From contig CAYJKI010000010.1 in NCBI GenBank assembly GCA_964370935.1, positions 4,420 through 68,419 on the forward strand: a stretch of 64,000 nucleotides of DNA, in the 5' to 3' direction. Position numbers and translations under genes: made by a program. Below the pieces are notes generated by a model. It saw only the letters and a list, made by a program, of their open reading frames with translations. It had not been told where the DNA came from and searched no databases. Each line of letters starts with the position of its first letter. The stretch's first letter is position 1. This DNA comes from an uncultured Ignavibacteria bacterium (GTDB lineage: Bacteria; Zixibacteria; MSB-5A5; CAIYYT01). This document shows positions 37,037-46,616 of the stretch, in pieces.

Positions 37037-39034
37037 TTATTCACCCATACCAAGCGGTTCGGGAATAAGACTCTTTTCCTTTTCCGAACGCAATTTATCC
37101 GCCTTGGCGATGAGATTCATCAGTTCGATGACCTGATCGTTCTGTTCTTCCTGATCGATATTGCGAACTACGGAGAGCACGTCCGCCAGATTGCTGTCCT
37201 TGGCCCAGAAGCTGGCGCGCAAGATCTCAGCAAATTCCGCGCCGGCAGCTGCCAGACGGAAGTCCATTGACGAAAGTTCAAAGCTCGTCTTGAAAATGCT
37301 GGGGCTGATTTTCACAGCGATTTCCGAGACTTCGAAGGAATCGGGATTTTTGTGGCGGATAAAGACGGTTCCAACATCGCCACGGGCGCCGTCCTTGAAC
37401 TTGATTTCATAAAGTGCGGTCACGGTATGACCAGATCCGATCTCGCCGCCATCTTCCTTGTCGTCGCGGAACTTGTCATCGGCGACGTCGCGGTTTTCAT
37501 AACCCAGCAGGCGGTAACGCTCGACGACGTTCGGGTCGAAATCGACCTGTATCTTGACATCGCGGGCAATGACCTGCAGCATCCCGGTGAGATTCTCCAT
37601 GAACACCCGCTGTGACTCTTCCCAGCTGTCGACGTAGGCATAGTGGCCATTGCCTTTGTCGCCGAGCTTCTCCATCAGGATGTCGTTGTAATTGCCCATG
37701 CCGAATCCGATGGCGGAAAGAGTAATACCCTTGTCTGCATAGCCCTTAATGAACTTCATGAATTCCTCTGCCGAAGTGCGCCCAACATTGGCGACGCCAT
37801 CGGAGCAAAGGATGATGCGGTTGATAGAACTCGGATTGAAATGGCGATTAGCCATATCGTAGCCCAAGCGGATTCCTTCTTCGGCATTGGTCGAACCTTC
37901 GGATACAAGCTGCTCAATTGCCCGGATGATTTTGTCTTTGTTGCGAATTGACGTCGGTTCAAGCACAACCCACGCGACGGATCCGTAGACGACGATGCCG
38001 ACATTGTCGCGCGGGGTGAGTTGGTCAACCAACATGCGCAGACTGCGGCGGACGAGACCAAGACGGTCCTCACGCGCCATCGAGCCAGAGACATCGACGA
38101 CGAAGGTAAGATTGGCGTCTTTGCGATTCTCGGCACGAATCTTCTTACCGACGACACCAATCTTGAGGAGTTCGTAACCCTTGCCGAAGCGGGAGGGCGC
38201 GCCTTCCATCTCGACATCGAAAGCCCGGTCGCTGGGATGATTATATGTGTACTTGAAATTATTAATGAACTCCTCAACACGAACAGCTTCTTCCGGCGGC
38301 AGGTTGCCGTCATTGAGATAGGCACGCGTCATCGTGTAGGAGGCGTTGTCGCAATCGATGGCGAAGGTTGACAGGTGGTCGTCATCAGTTGAGATGAAAG
38401 GGTTGGTGCCGTAGTTCTTGAAGAACATGGCATCGACCGGTTCGCCGTTGGGAGGAGTATTGCCGCCGTGGGCGGGGGGGACCGAGCCGTCAGTATAGCT
38501 GCTCATCTCGTTCGACCTACCTCCGCGCAGCTTCACTTCTCCGAATCGTTCGACCACACCGACCTGTGCTTTGAGGAGGTCAGCGACCGTAGCAACTGGC
38601 ATAGTCTTGATGTCGGCGGGACTGATCTGGCGGAGATGGGTGGTCTCGGTCTTCTTGAGTAGATCGCGTTCAGCTATACAGAGTTGAGCGTCGGTCTGAA
38701 CGATACTCTCTGTGAGCGCGAAGTCCTGGGTCGTGGTCACATTAGCCGTCACGGTGAGTTCTTTGACGCAGCTCGAAGTCCAGCCAGTGAGCATGGCGCA
38801 AAGTTCGTACTTGCCGGGCGGTACGTTGATGATCATGTACTCGCCGTTCTGGTCAGCCTGGGCTCCCATGGTTGTGCCTGAAATCTGGATGACAGCAAAG
38901 GCGATGGGGTCTTTGGTTTTGGCGTCAGTGACTTTGCCTTTGATTCTGCCGGTGTTGGTGGAGAAGACCTGCGTGGTCACGACGACCAGCACATAGATCA
39001 CCAGCACGATTCCGCTTAAGAGAAGGCGTTTCAT
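37037..39034 (-). CDS. Secreted YfbK-like von Willebrand factor A protein with carboxypeptidase-regulatory-like and plug-like N-terminal domains
   Basis: Signal peptide; GRIKGKVTDAKTKDPI; STFAIDCDNASY; VRVEEFINNF; MIDAS VDVSGSM; CSDGVANVG; YRLLGYENR; GHTVTALYE. Confidence 0.88.
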   Translation of the reverse strand: MKRLLLSGIVLVIYVLVVVTTQVFSTNTGRIKGKVTDAKTKDPIAFAVIQISGTTMGAQADQNGEYMIINVPPGKYELCAMLTGWTSSCVKELTVTANVTTTQDFALTESIVQTDAQLCIAERDLLKKTETTHLRQISPADIKTMPVATVADLLKAQVGVVERFGEVKLRGGRSNEMSSYTDGSVPPAHGGNTPPNGEPVDAMFFKNYGTNPFISTDDDHLSTFAIDCDNASYTMTRAYLNDGNLPPEEAVRVEEFINNFKYTYNHPSDRAFDVEMEGAPSRFGKGYELLKIGVVGKKIRAENRKDANLTFVVDVSGSMAREDRLGLVRRSLRMLVDQLTPRDNVGIVVYGSVAWVVLEPTSIRNKDKIIRAIEQLVSEGSTNAEEGIRLGYDMANRHFNPSSINRIILCSDGVANVGRTSAEEFMKFIKGYADKGITLSAIGFGMGNYNDILMEKLGDKGNGHYAYVDSWEESQRVFMENLTGMLQVIARDVKIQVDFDPNVVERYRLLGYENRDVADDKFRDDKEDGGEIGSGHTVTALYEIKFKDGARGDVGTVFIRHKNPDSFEVSEIAVKISPSIFKTSFELSSMDFRLAAAGAEFAEILRASFWAKDSNLADVLSVVRNIDQEEQNDQVIELMNLIAKADKLRSEKEKSLIPEPLGMGE

Positions 39035-39230
39035 AGATCCTCCGATTGGATTGAGGTTTAACTAAGTACCTTTGTCTTCAATACAGGCGGTATAGGTGCT
39101 TATTCCCGAAATGCAAAAAAAAGTAAATGAGGTTGGCAGACAGGGCGGGAATCCCCATTCCCGATTGCTAAAACCTCGATAAGTCGGTATATTATTGGCG
39201 GCTAAACCCAACCTCGCCCTGGAGGGCAAA

Positions 39231-42176
39231 GTGAATCCACGAGCAATTGTGTTAATATTCGCCACGCTGGTATTTTTGGGCTTTTGCGGCGTATCTGCTG
39301 CAAATTTCGGATACAACTCCTCGCCCGGATTCCAGATTGGTTCGACCTATCAGGATCTACAACATAACGCCCGCATGGCCAGACAGATCGTGGTCGGCGG
39401 CGGGTGGGTGCATAATATCTGGACACATCTGCCGGGGCCGAGCACAGCCAACCGCGCTGTTCAGTACTACGCCTGGCAGATTGGCGGTCCGGGAGTGGTA
39501 TTTAACGCCAATGTTGATTCGAGCATTGGCGCAGGATACAGTGCCATTGACTTTGATCCGACGAACGTTGGAGCAGCGGTGGTCGGGTATCATCATGTTG
39601 CTTCGGGAGGAACAAGATTTTCACGAGATACAGGAGTCGGGGTTGGTGCGTTTTCGCTGCGGTACACGTTTCCAGCGGCGAATTGTCAGGGGATCGTAAG
39701 TGGTTCAGATGCAACAGAAGGACTCTATTATTGGCCGGTCATCGCAACGGATGTCGATGGCTCCGGTAATGGCGTTGTGCATGCAGTCTCAACGGAAAGC
39801 CCGGCAACTGCGAGTGATGTGATGTCGATCATCTATTACAGGTCGAACAGCGGAATTACCGGAGTTGGCGCGACTTGCGGCATCTGGATTGACTCGGTTG
39901 ACAATATTGCGGCTACGGTAGTGGCTGATCCGAATTCGGACAATGTTGCCATCGTGTATTTAGTACCGGCAGACTATGCATTCAACGCCGGTCTTCAGCA
40001 ACACAATCAGGATGTCGTGTACCGCGAGTCGATTGATCTGGGCGAAAGCTGGGGGCCGGTGATTAATGTCAGCAACTACACTGGTGCAGATCCAGAGCGC
40101 GCCTATTCAGACGTCAGCGCAATGTATACTTCGGACGGTTGTCTGCACATCGCCTGGGTCGCTGCAAATTTCGATTCGTCTACAGGGTCCTCGGCAGACG
40201 ACGCATGTAAATTGCGCCACTGGGATGATTGCGGTCAGTGCATTTCGACGATCCTGAATGCACAACACGCCGAAGTATCCTGTGATCGCGGATCCTGGCA
40301 GAATAATATTGCTCGCGTCAATCTCACTGAATGCGAAGCAGCGTCTCAGAAGAATCTCTATGCTACTTACACTTATTTTCTCGGCTCGGATACGGGAATT
40401 CCCGGACCGTCAGACTGCTCGATGAAGGGATATGCAAATGGCGAACTATTCATGCAGGTTTCTTCGACCGATGGACTGACCTGGGGTCCGCAGATCAACC
40501 TGACGAATACAGCCTCTCCAGGCTGTAACGGCGATTGCGCCTCCGAAAATTGGTCATCGAGTGCCATGTACGTAACCGACTCGTTGCGTCTTCAGTATCT
40601 TCTAGACCTTGACGCCGGTCGTGTCAGCGGTGCCGAGGGCTCTTGGACCAATAATCCGATCATGAACATGGCGGTACCGTGTGTGGCAGCTGCTCCATAC
40701 GCATCAATCTCAATCAACCCGGCTCAGATAGTTTATCCCGAGATCTATCTGATGCCTGATAGCGTCACCAGCAAGACGCTGACGCTGACCAATGCGGGCA
40801 ACTTTAATACGGTTGTGACCCGCAAGGTCGAGTACCTCGACGGGAATGGCTGGCTGTCATTTCCGGACTTGGATAGCGTCTTCGTCGTACCTGCAGGATG
40901 CGCAAATGCGCAGTCGATGACGATGGTTGTCACAGCTCCACATGATGAAGGCAACTACGATGTCAACGTCCATTTCATCTATGACAATGGCGCCGCCCTT
41001 GACACGGCGACACTGTCGTTTCGGCTGTGGGATTTCTGTCCATTTATCGATGATTTTTCAACGTTTAGGACCACCTGTAACCGGCTTGAAATCTTGCGCA
41101 CGGCTCGTGCCAGAGACTTTTATGACTATAGCGACAGCAATGAGTATTTGTACGACGCTTCGCTGATCCTGGGAAACGGCCCCAGCAAACTTTGCTGGTC
41201 GATATACAAGGATTATGAGAACTATTGCCGCCCGACGTTTCCAGCGGGACATCTATTCGGACTCAGTGGGTTCTATGTGATAACTAACGAGAACGATTAT
41301 CCCAGCTACTGCAAAGGGTCGGCTTACGGAAGGAACGATGACTCTACGCTAGGATACTCGGTGGATTTCTACGCTCCGAAGCACCCGGATAGCTGTGATT
41401 TTTTCGTAGCGAGTTTCAAGATTTACAAGGGTGCCAACGATTCCTTGGGTGTTGTCAGCAACCTCACGGTCGGGTTTGCCTGTGATTGGGATGCGCCGGC
41501 TGACACCGGTTCAGACAATACCGGCGGATTTGATGCGGGAAGACAAATGCTGTACCAGCGCGGGTTGGAATTTGGTCCGACGGAAGAGAATTATGGAGCT
41601 GTTGCGGCTTACCGCGACGACGGAGTGCCGATTGTCGGCGGATTTATCTGGGACAGTCCGACGCATGTTTACCCTACGGCTGACTATGTGGCGGCCGATC
41701 TTTGGAATCAAATGGAGTCTTTGTCAACCGGCGAGTACACGACATATGGGTTGGTCGATGACCTTAGTAGTGTTCTGACGATTTACCGCGATGCGAGCAT
41801 CAATGGGGCAACTCATGACACATTGAAGTTTGTCGTTATTCTGGCGGCGGAGAATTCGGGGCCATTGACCGACTTGAAGCACACAGTCGACAAGGCAATA
41901 AGCTTCGTTAACAACCATGGAATAGGCTCAATTGTGCCGACAAACTGCTGCCTTCACGGCGATGCCGATAATAGCGGGTTTCTGAACATTTCCGACGTAG
42001 TTTACTTAATTAACTACATCTTTGTCGGTGGTCCGGCCCCGGTGAGTGAATGTGAGGGCGACAACAACTGTGACTGCGTTGTTTCAATTTCCGACGCTGT
42101 CTATTCGATCATTTATATTTTCGGTGGCGGACAGCCGCCGCCACAGTGTTGTCCGGGCTGTATCTACGACTGGTAG
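39231..42176 (+). CDS. Large secreted Cys-rich protein with propeller-like N-terminal region and C-terminal dockerin-like repeat pair (start placed at GTG 39231)
   Basis: GGAGG RBS; signal peptide; SIDLGESW and STDGLTWG Asp-box-like motifs; GDADNSGFLNISDVVYLINYIF...GDNNCDCVVSISDAVY. Confidence 0.8.
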   Translation: MNPRAIVLIFATLVFLGFCGVSAANFGYNSSPGFQIGSTYQDLQHNARMARQIVVGGGWVHNIWTHLPGPSTANRAVQYYAWQIGGPGVVFNANVDSSIGAGYSAIDFDPTNVGAAVVGYHHVASGGTRFSRDTGVGVGAFSLRYTFPAANCQGIVSGSDATEGLYYWPVIATDVDGSGNGVVHAVSTESPATASDVMSIIYYRSNSGITGVGATCGIWIDSVDNIAATVVADPNSDNVAIVYLVPADYAFNAGLQQHNQDVVYRESIDLGESWGPVINVSNYTGADPERAYSDVSAMYTSDGCLHIAWVAANFDSSTGSSADDACKLRHWDDCGQCISTILNAQHAEVSCDRGSWQNNIARVNLTECEAASQKNLYATYTYFLGSDTGIPGPSDCSMKGYANGELFMQVSSTDGLTWGPQINLTNTASPGCNGDCASENWSSSAMYVTDSLRLQYLLDLDAGRVSGAEGSWTNNPIMNMAVPCVAAAPYASISINPAQIVYPEIYLMPDSVTSKTLTLTNAGNFNTVVTRKVEYLDGNGWLSFPDLDSVFVVPAGCANAQSMTMVVTAPHDEGNYDVNVHFIYDNGAALDTATLSFRLWDFCPFIDDFSTFRTTCNRLEILRTARARDFYDYSDSNEYLYDASLILGNGPSKLCWSIYKDYENYCRPTFPAGHLFGLSGFYVITNENDYPSYCKGSAYGRNDDSTLGYSVDFYAPKHPDSCDFFVASFKIYKGANDSLGVVSNLTVGFACDWDAPADTGSDNTGGFDAGRQMLYQRGLEFGPTEENYGAVAAYRDDGVPIVGGFIWDSPTHVYPTADYVAADLWNQMESLSTGEYTTYGLVDDLSSVLTIYRDASINGATHDTLKFVVILAAENSGPLTDLKHTVDKAISFVNNHGIGSIVPTNCCLHGDADNSGFLNISDVVYLINYIFVGGPAPVSECEGDNNCDCVVSISDAVYSIIYIFGGGQPPPQCCPGCIYDW

Positions 42177-42180
42177 CTGA

Positions 42181-42930
42181 CTACTTCAACGCGGCTACGT
42201 AAAGCTTATTGACAGCGTCCCAATTCACGACGTTCCACCAGGCGCCGAGGTAATCTGCGCGGCGATTTTGGTACTTCAGGTAGTAAGCGTGTTCCCAGAC
42301 GTCGATACCGATAATCGGGGTTTGTCCGTAAGTTAACGGGCAATCCTGATTGGCGGTCGAAGTGATTTTCAGATTGCCGTCGCTGACGACCAGCCAAGCC
42401 CAGCCGGAACCAAAACGACCCGCAGCGAATTTACCGAACTCCTCACGAAATTTGGCGACATCACCGAATTTGGCAATGATCGCGGCGGCGACCTCGCCGC
42501 CCGGATCTCCGCCGGCATTCGGTCCCATGATATTCCAGAAAAAGGTATGGTTCACATGTCCGCCGCCGTGATCGCGGACGGCCGAGTGAATGGCATCGGG
42601 CATAGTTCCGAGTTTGCGCACGAGATCTTCGGGCGATTGCTTCTTAAGCTCGGGGAATTTCTCTAAAGCTTTGTTCAAATTGTTGACATAAGCGGCGTGG
42701 TGTTTGTCGTGGTGGATTTCCATGGTCATTTTGTCGATGTGCGGTTCGAGGGCGTCATAGGCGTAAGGCAACGGCGGTAAGGTATAGGCGTCAGCCGTTT
42801 GGGCTTGTGCCAACTGCTCGCCGAGCATACCGGGCAAGATTATAGCGGCAGTGCTGATGATGGCGGCGTTTTCGATGAATTCCCGGCGATTCATCCCTGA
42901 ATCATTGGCGATGGGACTCTTTGTGGACAC
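42181..42930 (-). CDS. sodA: Mn/Fe superoxide dismutase with twin-arginine signal peptide
   Basis: NRREFIE...AQA; [48 protein letters not shown]. Confidence 0.9.
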   Translation of the reverse strand: MSTKSPIANDSGMNRREFIENAAIISTAAIILPGMLGEQLAQAQTADAYTLPPLPYAYDALEPHIDKMTMEIHHDKHHAAYVNNLNKALEKFPELKKQSPEDLVRKLGTMPDAIHSAVRDHGGGHVNHTFFWNIMGPNAGGDPGGEVAAAIIAKFGDVAKFREEFGKFAAGRFGSGWAWLVVSDGNLKITSTANQDCPLTYGQTPIIGIDVWEHAYYLKYQNRRADYLGAWWNVVNWDAVNKLYVAALK

Positions 42931-43000
42931 GATGTACTCCTGTATGTTTCAAGTATCTAAATTCGACTTTAAAGCTCGACTATAAATCGGCTACAAGTTT

Positions 43001-43027
43001 TTAACATTGGAGGGAAGGAATCGTTCC
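43001..43027 (-). promoter_or_regulatory. ECF-sigma-like promoter upstream of SOD
   Basis: Minus strand GGAAC-N17-GTTAA. Confidence 0.4.
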
Positions 43028-43047
43028 GGAGAAAGCTTGCGGATATG

Positions 43048-43078
43048 AAAAAGCCCCTCTCCGAAGGAAGAGAGGGGC
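43048..43078 (-). terminator. Intrinsic terminator after pruA
   Basis: GCCCCTCT...AGAGGGGC stem followed on minus strand by TTTTT. Confidence 0.7.
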
Positions 43079-43092
43079 CTTGGACGAGCAAT

Positions 43093-44727
43093 CTATTTCT
43101 CCCGCAAGAACGGATACTTGTAGTCCGCCGGCGGGACGAAGTTCTCTTTGATGGTTCGGGGCGATGTCCAGCGAATCATATTGTGCAAAGCACCAGCTTT
43201 GTCATTAGTGCCGGAAGCTCTGGCACCGCCAAACGGTTGTTGTCCCACAACGGCGCCGGTCGGTTTGTCGTTGATGTAGAAATTGCCGGCCGCCTGACGC
43301 AGGGTTTTCTCGGCGAGCAAAATGGCATCGCGATCCGTGGCAAAGACTGCGCCGGTCAGGGCATAGGGTGATGTTTCGTCGCAGAGTTTGAGCGTCTTCT
43401 CATAGTCGCTGTCTTTGTAGACATAGACGGTCATGACAGGTCCGAAGATTTCCTCTTCCATGGTCTTGAACTTGGGATTGGAAGTCTCGATCAATGTGGC
43501 GTCGATGTAGTAGCCCTTCGAATCGTCGCAGTTGCCGCCGGAGATGATTTCGGCATCGGTGGCTTTCTTTGCGAAGTCGACATACTTCTTGATGCTGTCA
43601 TAAGCTCCGCGATCGATGACGGCATTCATGAAGTTGGAGAAGTCGGTAGGGTCGCCGAGCTTGATTTCGGAGAGTTGCTTGAGAACCGTCTTCTTGATCG
43701 AGGGCCAAAGCGACTTGGGAATATAGGCTCGCGAAGCGGCCGAACATTTTTGGCCTTGGTACTCGAATGCACCGCGGGTGATGGCGGTAGCGACTTGATC
43801 GGGCATAGCCGACTTATGAACGAATATGAAATCCTTGCCGCCGGTTTCGCCGACGAGGCGCGGATAACCCTTGTACTTGTTTTTCGCAATGTTCTCGCCT
43901 ACGGTCTTCCACATGGTTTGGAACACCGGTGTTGAGCCGGTGAAATGAATTCCGGCGAGGTATTCGTGGTTCAGAACAACGTCAGAGATCTCGGAGGCTT
44001 TGCCAGTGACCATGTTGATAACGCCAGCAGGGAGCCCGGCTTCTATGAAGATCTTCATTAGGAAGTGAGAAGTGTACATCACGCTTGAGGCAGGTTTCCA
44101 GACCGCAACATTACCCCACATTGCCGGAGCGCTGGGGAGATTGCCGTTGATTGAGACAAAGTTGAAGGGCGAAACGGCGAAGATGAAGCCCTCCAAGGGG
44201 CGGTAATCGATGCGATTCCAAATGGTCGGATCAGGATTGATCGGCTGGATATCGGCGATTTGCTGCATGAAATACGCGTTGAAGCGGAAAAAGTCGACCA
44301 GTTCGCAGACGGCATCGATTTCCGCCTGGAACGGATTCTTGGAGTGAGCCAGCATGGTTGCGGCATTGACGATATAGCGATAGGGGCCAGCGAGCAGGTC
44401 GGCGGCTTTGAGGAAAATGGCGATGCGGTGATGCATTGGAACTTCAGACCATGCCTGCTGTGCTGCCAAAGCGGCGGCGATGGCATCCTGGGTTTCTTTC
44501 TTGGTGCCTTTGTAAGTATATCCAAGCACCAGCGAATGGTCGTGCGGCGCCGTGAGTTTGAACTTCTCGCCGACGCGGACTTCCTTGCCGTCGATGATCA
44601 GCGGTATATCGATCTGTTTGGACTTGAGTTCGACGATAGCGGCCTGCAGTTTTGCCCGCTCGGGTGTCCCAGGTCCATAGCTATAAATCGGCTCGTTAGC
44701 GGGATGAGCCATGCGAAAGTTGCCCAT
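43093..44727 (-). CDS. pruA: Delta-1-pyrroline-5-carboxylate dehydrogenase (start placed at ATG 44727)
   Basis: PANEPI, QAEIDAVCEL, SPFNF, FTGST, GETGGKD, FEYQGQKCSA, EEIFGP, NDKPTGAVVGQQPFGG. Confidence 0.95.
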   Translation of the reverse strand: MGNFRMAHPANEPIYSYGPGTPERAKLQAAIVELKSKQIDIPLIIDGKEVRVGEKFKLTAPHDHSLVLGYTYKGTKKETQDAIAAALAAQQAWSEVPMHHRIAIFLKAADLLAGPYRYIVNAATMLAHSKNPFQAEIDAVCELVDFFRFNAYFMQQIADIQPINPDPTIWNRIDYRPLEGFIFAVSPFNFVSINGNLPSAPAMWGNVAVWKPASSVMYTSHFLMKIFIEAGLPAGVINMVTGKASEISDVVLNHEYLAGIHFTGSTPVFQTMWKTVGENIAKNKYKGYPRLVGETGGKDFIFVHKSAMPDQVATAITRGAFEYQGQKCSAASRAYIPKSLWPSIKKTVLKQLSEIKLGDPTDFSNFMNAVIDRGAYDSIKKYVDFAKKATDAEIISGGNCDDSKGYYIDATLIETSNPKFKTMEEEIFGPVMTVYVYKDSDYEKTLKLCDETSPYALTGAVFATDRDAILLAEKTLRQAAGNFYINDKPTGAVVGQQPFGGARASGTNDKAGALHNMIRWTSPRTIKENFVPPADYKYPFLREK

Positions 44728-44780
44728 TAAATTCCCTCCGTGTATGTATTGCAGAATATTTGTGAATTCATAGTGAGAAA

Positions 44781-44818
44781 ACAGGGACACGCCGCCATTG
44801 GTGGAAGCATGTCCCTGT
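44781..44818 (-). terminator. Hairpin between the ferritin-like gene and pruA
   Basis: ACAGGGACA...TGTCCCTGT inverted repeat followed on minus strand by TTTC. Confidence 0.5.
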
Positions 44819-44853
44819 ACAGATTATTCAGATCGTCAGAGCCTTGCCGCCGG

Positions 44854-45351
44854 TTACTGGGCGATATTGCTCCATTCGGCATCATCGAGCCAGCTCTTGG
44901 GCTGGTGCAGGAATTCAAGCACATGCTCTATTAATACGACGTGCTTGTGCTCTTCGTCGGCAAGAAGACTGAAGGCGCGCTTGACTTCCTGAACTTTTTC
45001 TTCGCCGGACTTTTCGCGGTAGAATTTTTCCGTGTCGGTCTCCAAATGCTGCGCCTTGGTCCAGGCGGCAATGACATCATCGCCAAAGTTGAAGTCAGTC
45101 CCGGTTTTCGGCAATAACTCGAAGACCGTTTTGGCCGTACTTAGAATCTGGGTACCGAGTTCGGACATGGCTTTGGCTTCGTGAACGTCGCCATCGCGGA
45201 AGCGCTTGAAGATTTCATAGTGCTTCACTTCGTCGCTGGCTAATTGCAGCCAGATCTTCTTGAGGGCCGGGTTATTGGTTTTTTCAGCTTCACTCTCATA
45301 GAAGTGCTGCCCATCTTTTTCCATTTTCATCGCAAATTCGAAGACATTCAT
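44854..45351 (-). CDS. Rubrerythrin/ferritin-like di-iron protein
   Basis: AMKMEKDGQHFY, LASDEVKH, ETDTEKFY, LADEEHKH (two ExxH motifs). Confidence 0.88.
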   Translation of the reverse strand: MNVFEFAMKMEKDGQHFYESEAEKTNNPALKKIWLQLASDEVKHYEIFKRFRDGDVHEAKAMSELGTQILSTAKTVFELLPKTGTDFNFGDDVIAAWTKAQHLETDTEKFYREKSGEEKVQEVKRAFSLLADEEHKHVVLIEHVLEFLHQPKSWLDDAEWSNIAQ

Positions 45352-45503
45352 AGCAACTCCTTATTGTGGCGTCGTAGCCAACATATCGCGAATATAGCGA
45401 AATTGTCCGGGACAATCAAATGAAAGTGCAAGAATCGGGAGAATTTGGTCAATATAGGGGGGTTACGGGAAGCTACTTAAAATCAACAATTTAGGCAGCA
45501 GAA

Positions 45504-46136
45504 TCAGAATGTCACGGCTGGGTTGGCAGTCGAAGCAATGAATCGTACACGAATCTTAATCGTTTCGGCAAGCTTCAGCAAGAGCATCTTGGGGCGAGGA
45601 ACGCCATAGTCGTCCAGTTTGATTTCGAATGAAGCGGTAACAGTCATATCCTGACTGTCTTCACTTTTTCCCGGCAACAACTCAACAGTCGCGGGCGCGG
45701 TGATAGGCAGAGTCTTTCCATGGACGGTGAAGTCGCCGGAGATCGAAAAACTGTCCCTGGTCGCTATGGCAAGCTGCGGCGGGAGCCCGGTGACAGATTT
45801 GAGCACAAATTCGATGTAAGGAAACTGCGCCGTATGGAGATGGCGTTCGCGCATGTGTTCATCACGCAGTTCGATTCCTGTCTTCAGCGACGCGGCATCG
45901 ACGCGTAGACGGCCACTGGCAGGACTTTGAGTATTTGCCGGATCGAAAGTAATCATGCCGATAATCGAATTGGTCTTGCCCTCGATGAACTCCAATTTGG
46001 CGTCCGAAGCAAAGACGACGCTGTCACTTTCTGGCGCACCGATGATATAATATGTTGCAGAATGGACTTTGGGAGAAGTCGTCAAAAGTAATGCCGAAGC
46101 GGCAAGAATTAAAATCGTGGTGTTATGTCTCATCAT
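45504..46136 (-). CDS. YceI-family periplasmic (polyisoprenoid-binding) protein
   Basis: Signal peptide; SLKTGIELRDEHMR; FPYIEF; GDFTVHGKT; DDYGV. Confidence 0.9.
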   Translation of the reverse strand: MMRHNTTILILAASALLLTTSPKVHSATYYIIGAPESDSVVFASDAKLEFIEGKTNSIIGMITFDPANTQSPASGRLRVDAASLKTGIELRDEHMRERHLHTAQFPYIEFVLKSVTGLPPQLAIATRDSFSISGDFTVHGKTLPITAPATVELLPGKSEDSQDMTVTASFEIKLDDYGVPRPKMLLLKLAETIKIRVRFIASTANPAVTF

Positions 46137-46148
46137 GTCCTCTCTGGA

Positions 46149-46616
46149 CTAATTGTCAAGTGCGCCTTCATTGATCCAGATGCGAATCGTGTCTTGCTCG
46201 GCAGTGGTCAGTGAATCTGAAAAACGCGGCATGCGAAAATCGAGGCCCAGCTCCCGATAGCGGGGGCTGATGGAAATGTACAGTGCGCTGACTCCCGCAT
46301 CGCCGGGGACGACGATGCGACCGTGCAGCGGGCTGACTCTCGTGATGTCATCATAGCTGGTGACCTTGAGATCGTGTTGGGGGTTGACGTCCCCATGGCA
46401 ACTGTTGAATGCGCAGGAACGCAGCAAGATCGGATGAACGTCGGTGCTAAAGAATACGGTCGGATCGGGAGGCGGAGGACCGCCGCCGTTGTCGTCCTTC
46501 AGGACGGCGCCGTGGTCGCTACAGGCCGAGAGAGACGCTGCAAGCAAGCACATGACAGCAAGCTTGAGCGCGAACGAGAGCCAATTCAATTTCTGATTCG
46601 ACGGTAGAATTTTCAT
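46149..46616 (-). CDS. Lipoprotein c-type cytochrome with atypical CX4CH heme motif (planctomycete cytochrome c-like)
   Basis: Lipobox LSAC; VHPILLRSCAFNSCHG; VVPGDAGVSALY; RMP axial Met; IRIWINEGALDN. Confidence 0.78.
   Translation of the reverse strand: MKILPSNQKLNWLSFALKLAVMCLLAASLSACSDHGAVLKDDNGGGPPPPDPTVFFSTDVHPILLRSCAFNSCHGDVNPQHDLKVTSYDDITRVSPLHGRIVVPGDAGVSALYISISPRYRELGLDFRMPRFSDSLTTAEQDTIRIWINEGALDN

Noticed and set aside
44760-44777. Rex box upstream of pruA
   Set aside because: Only the TTGTGAA half-site is present
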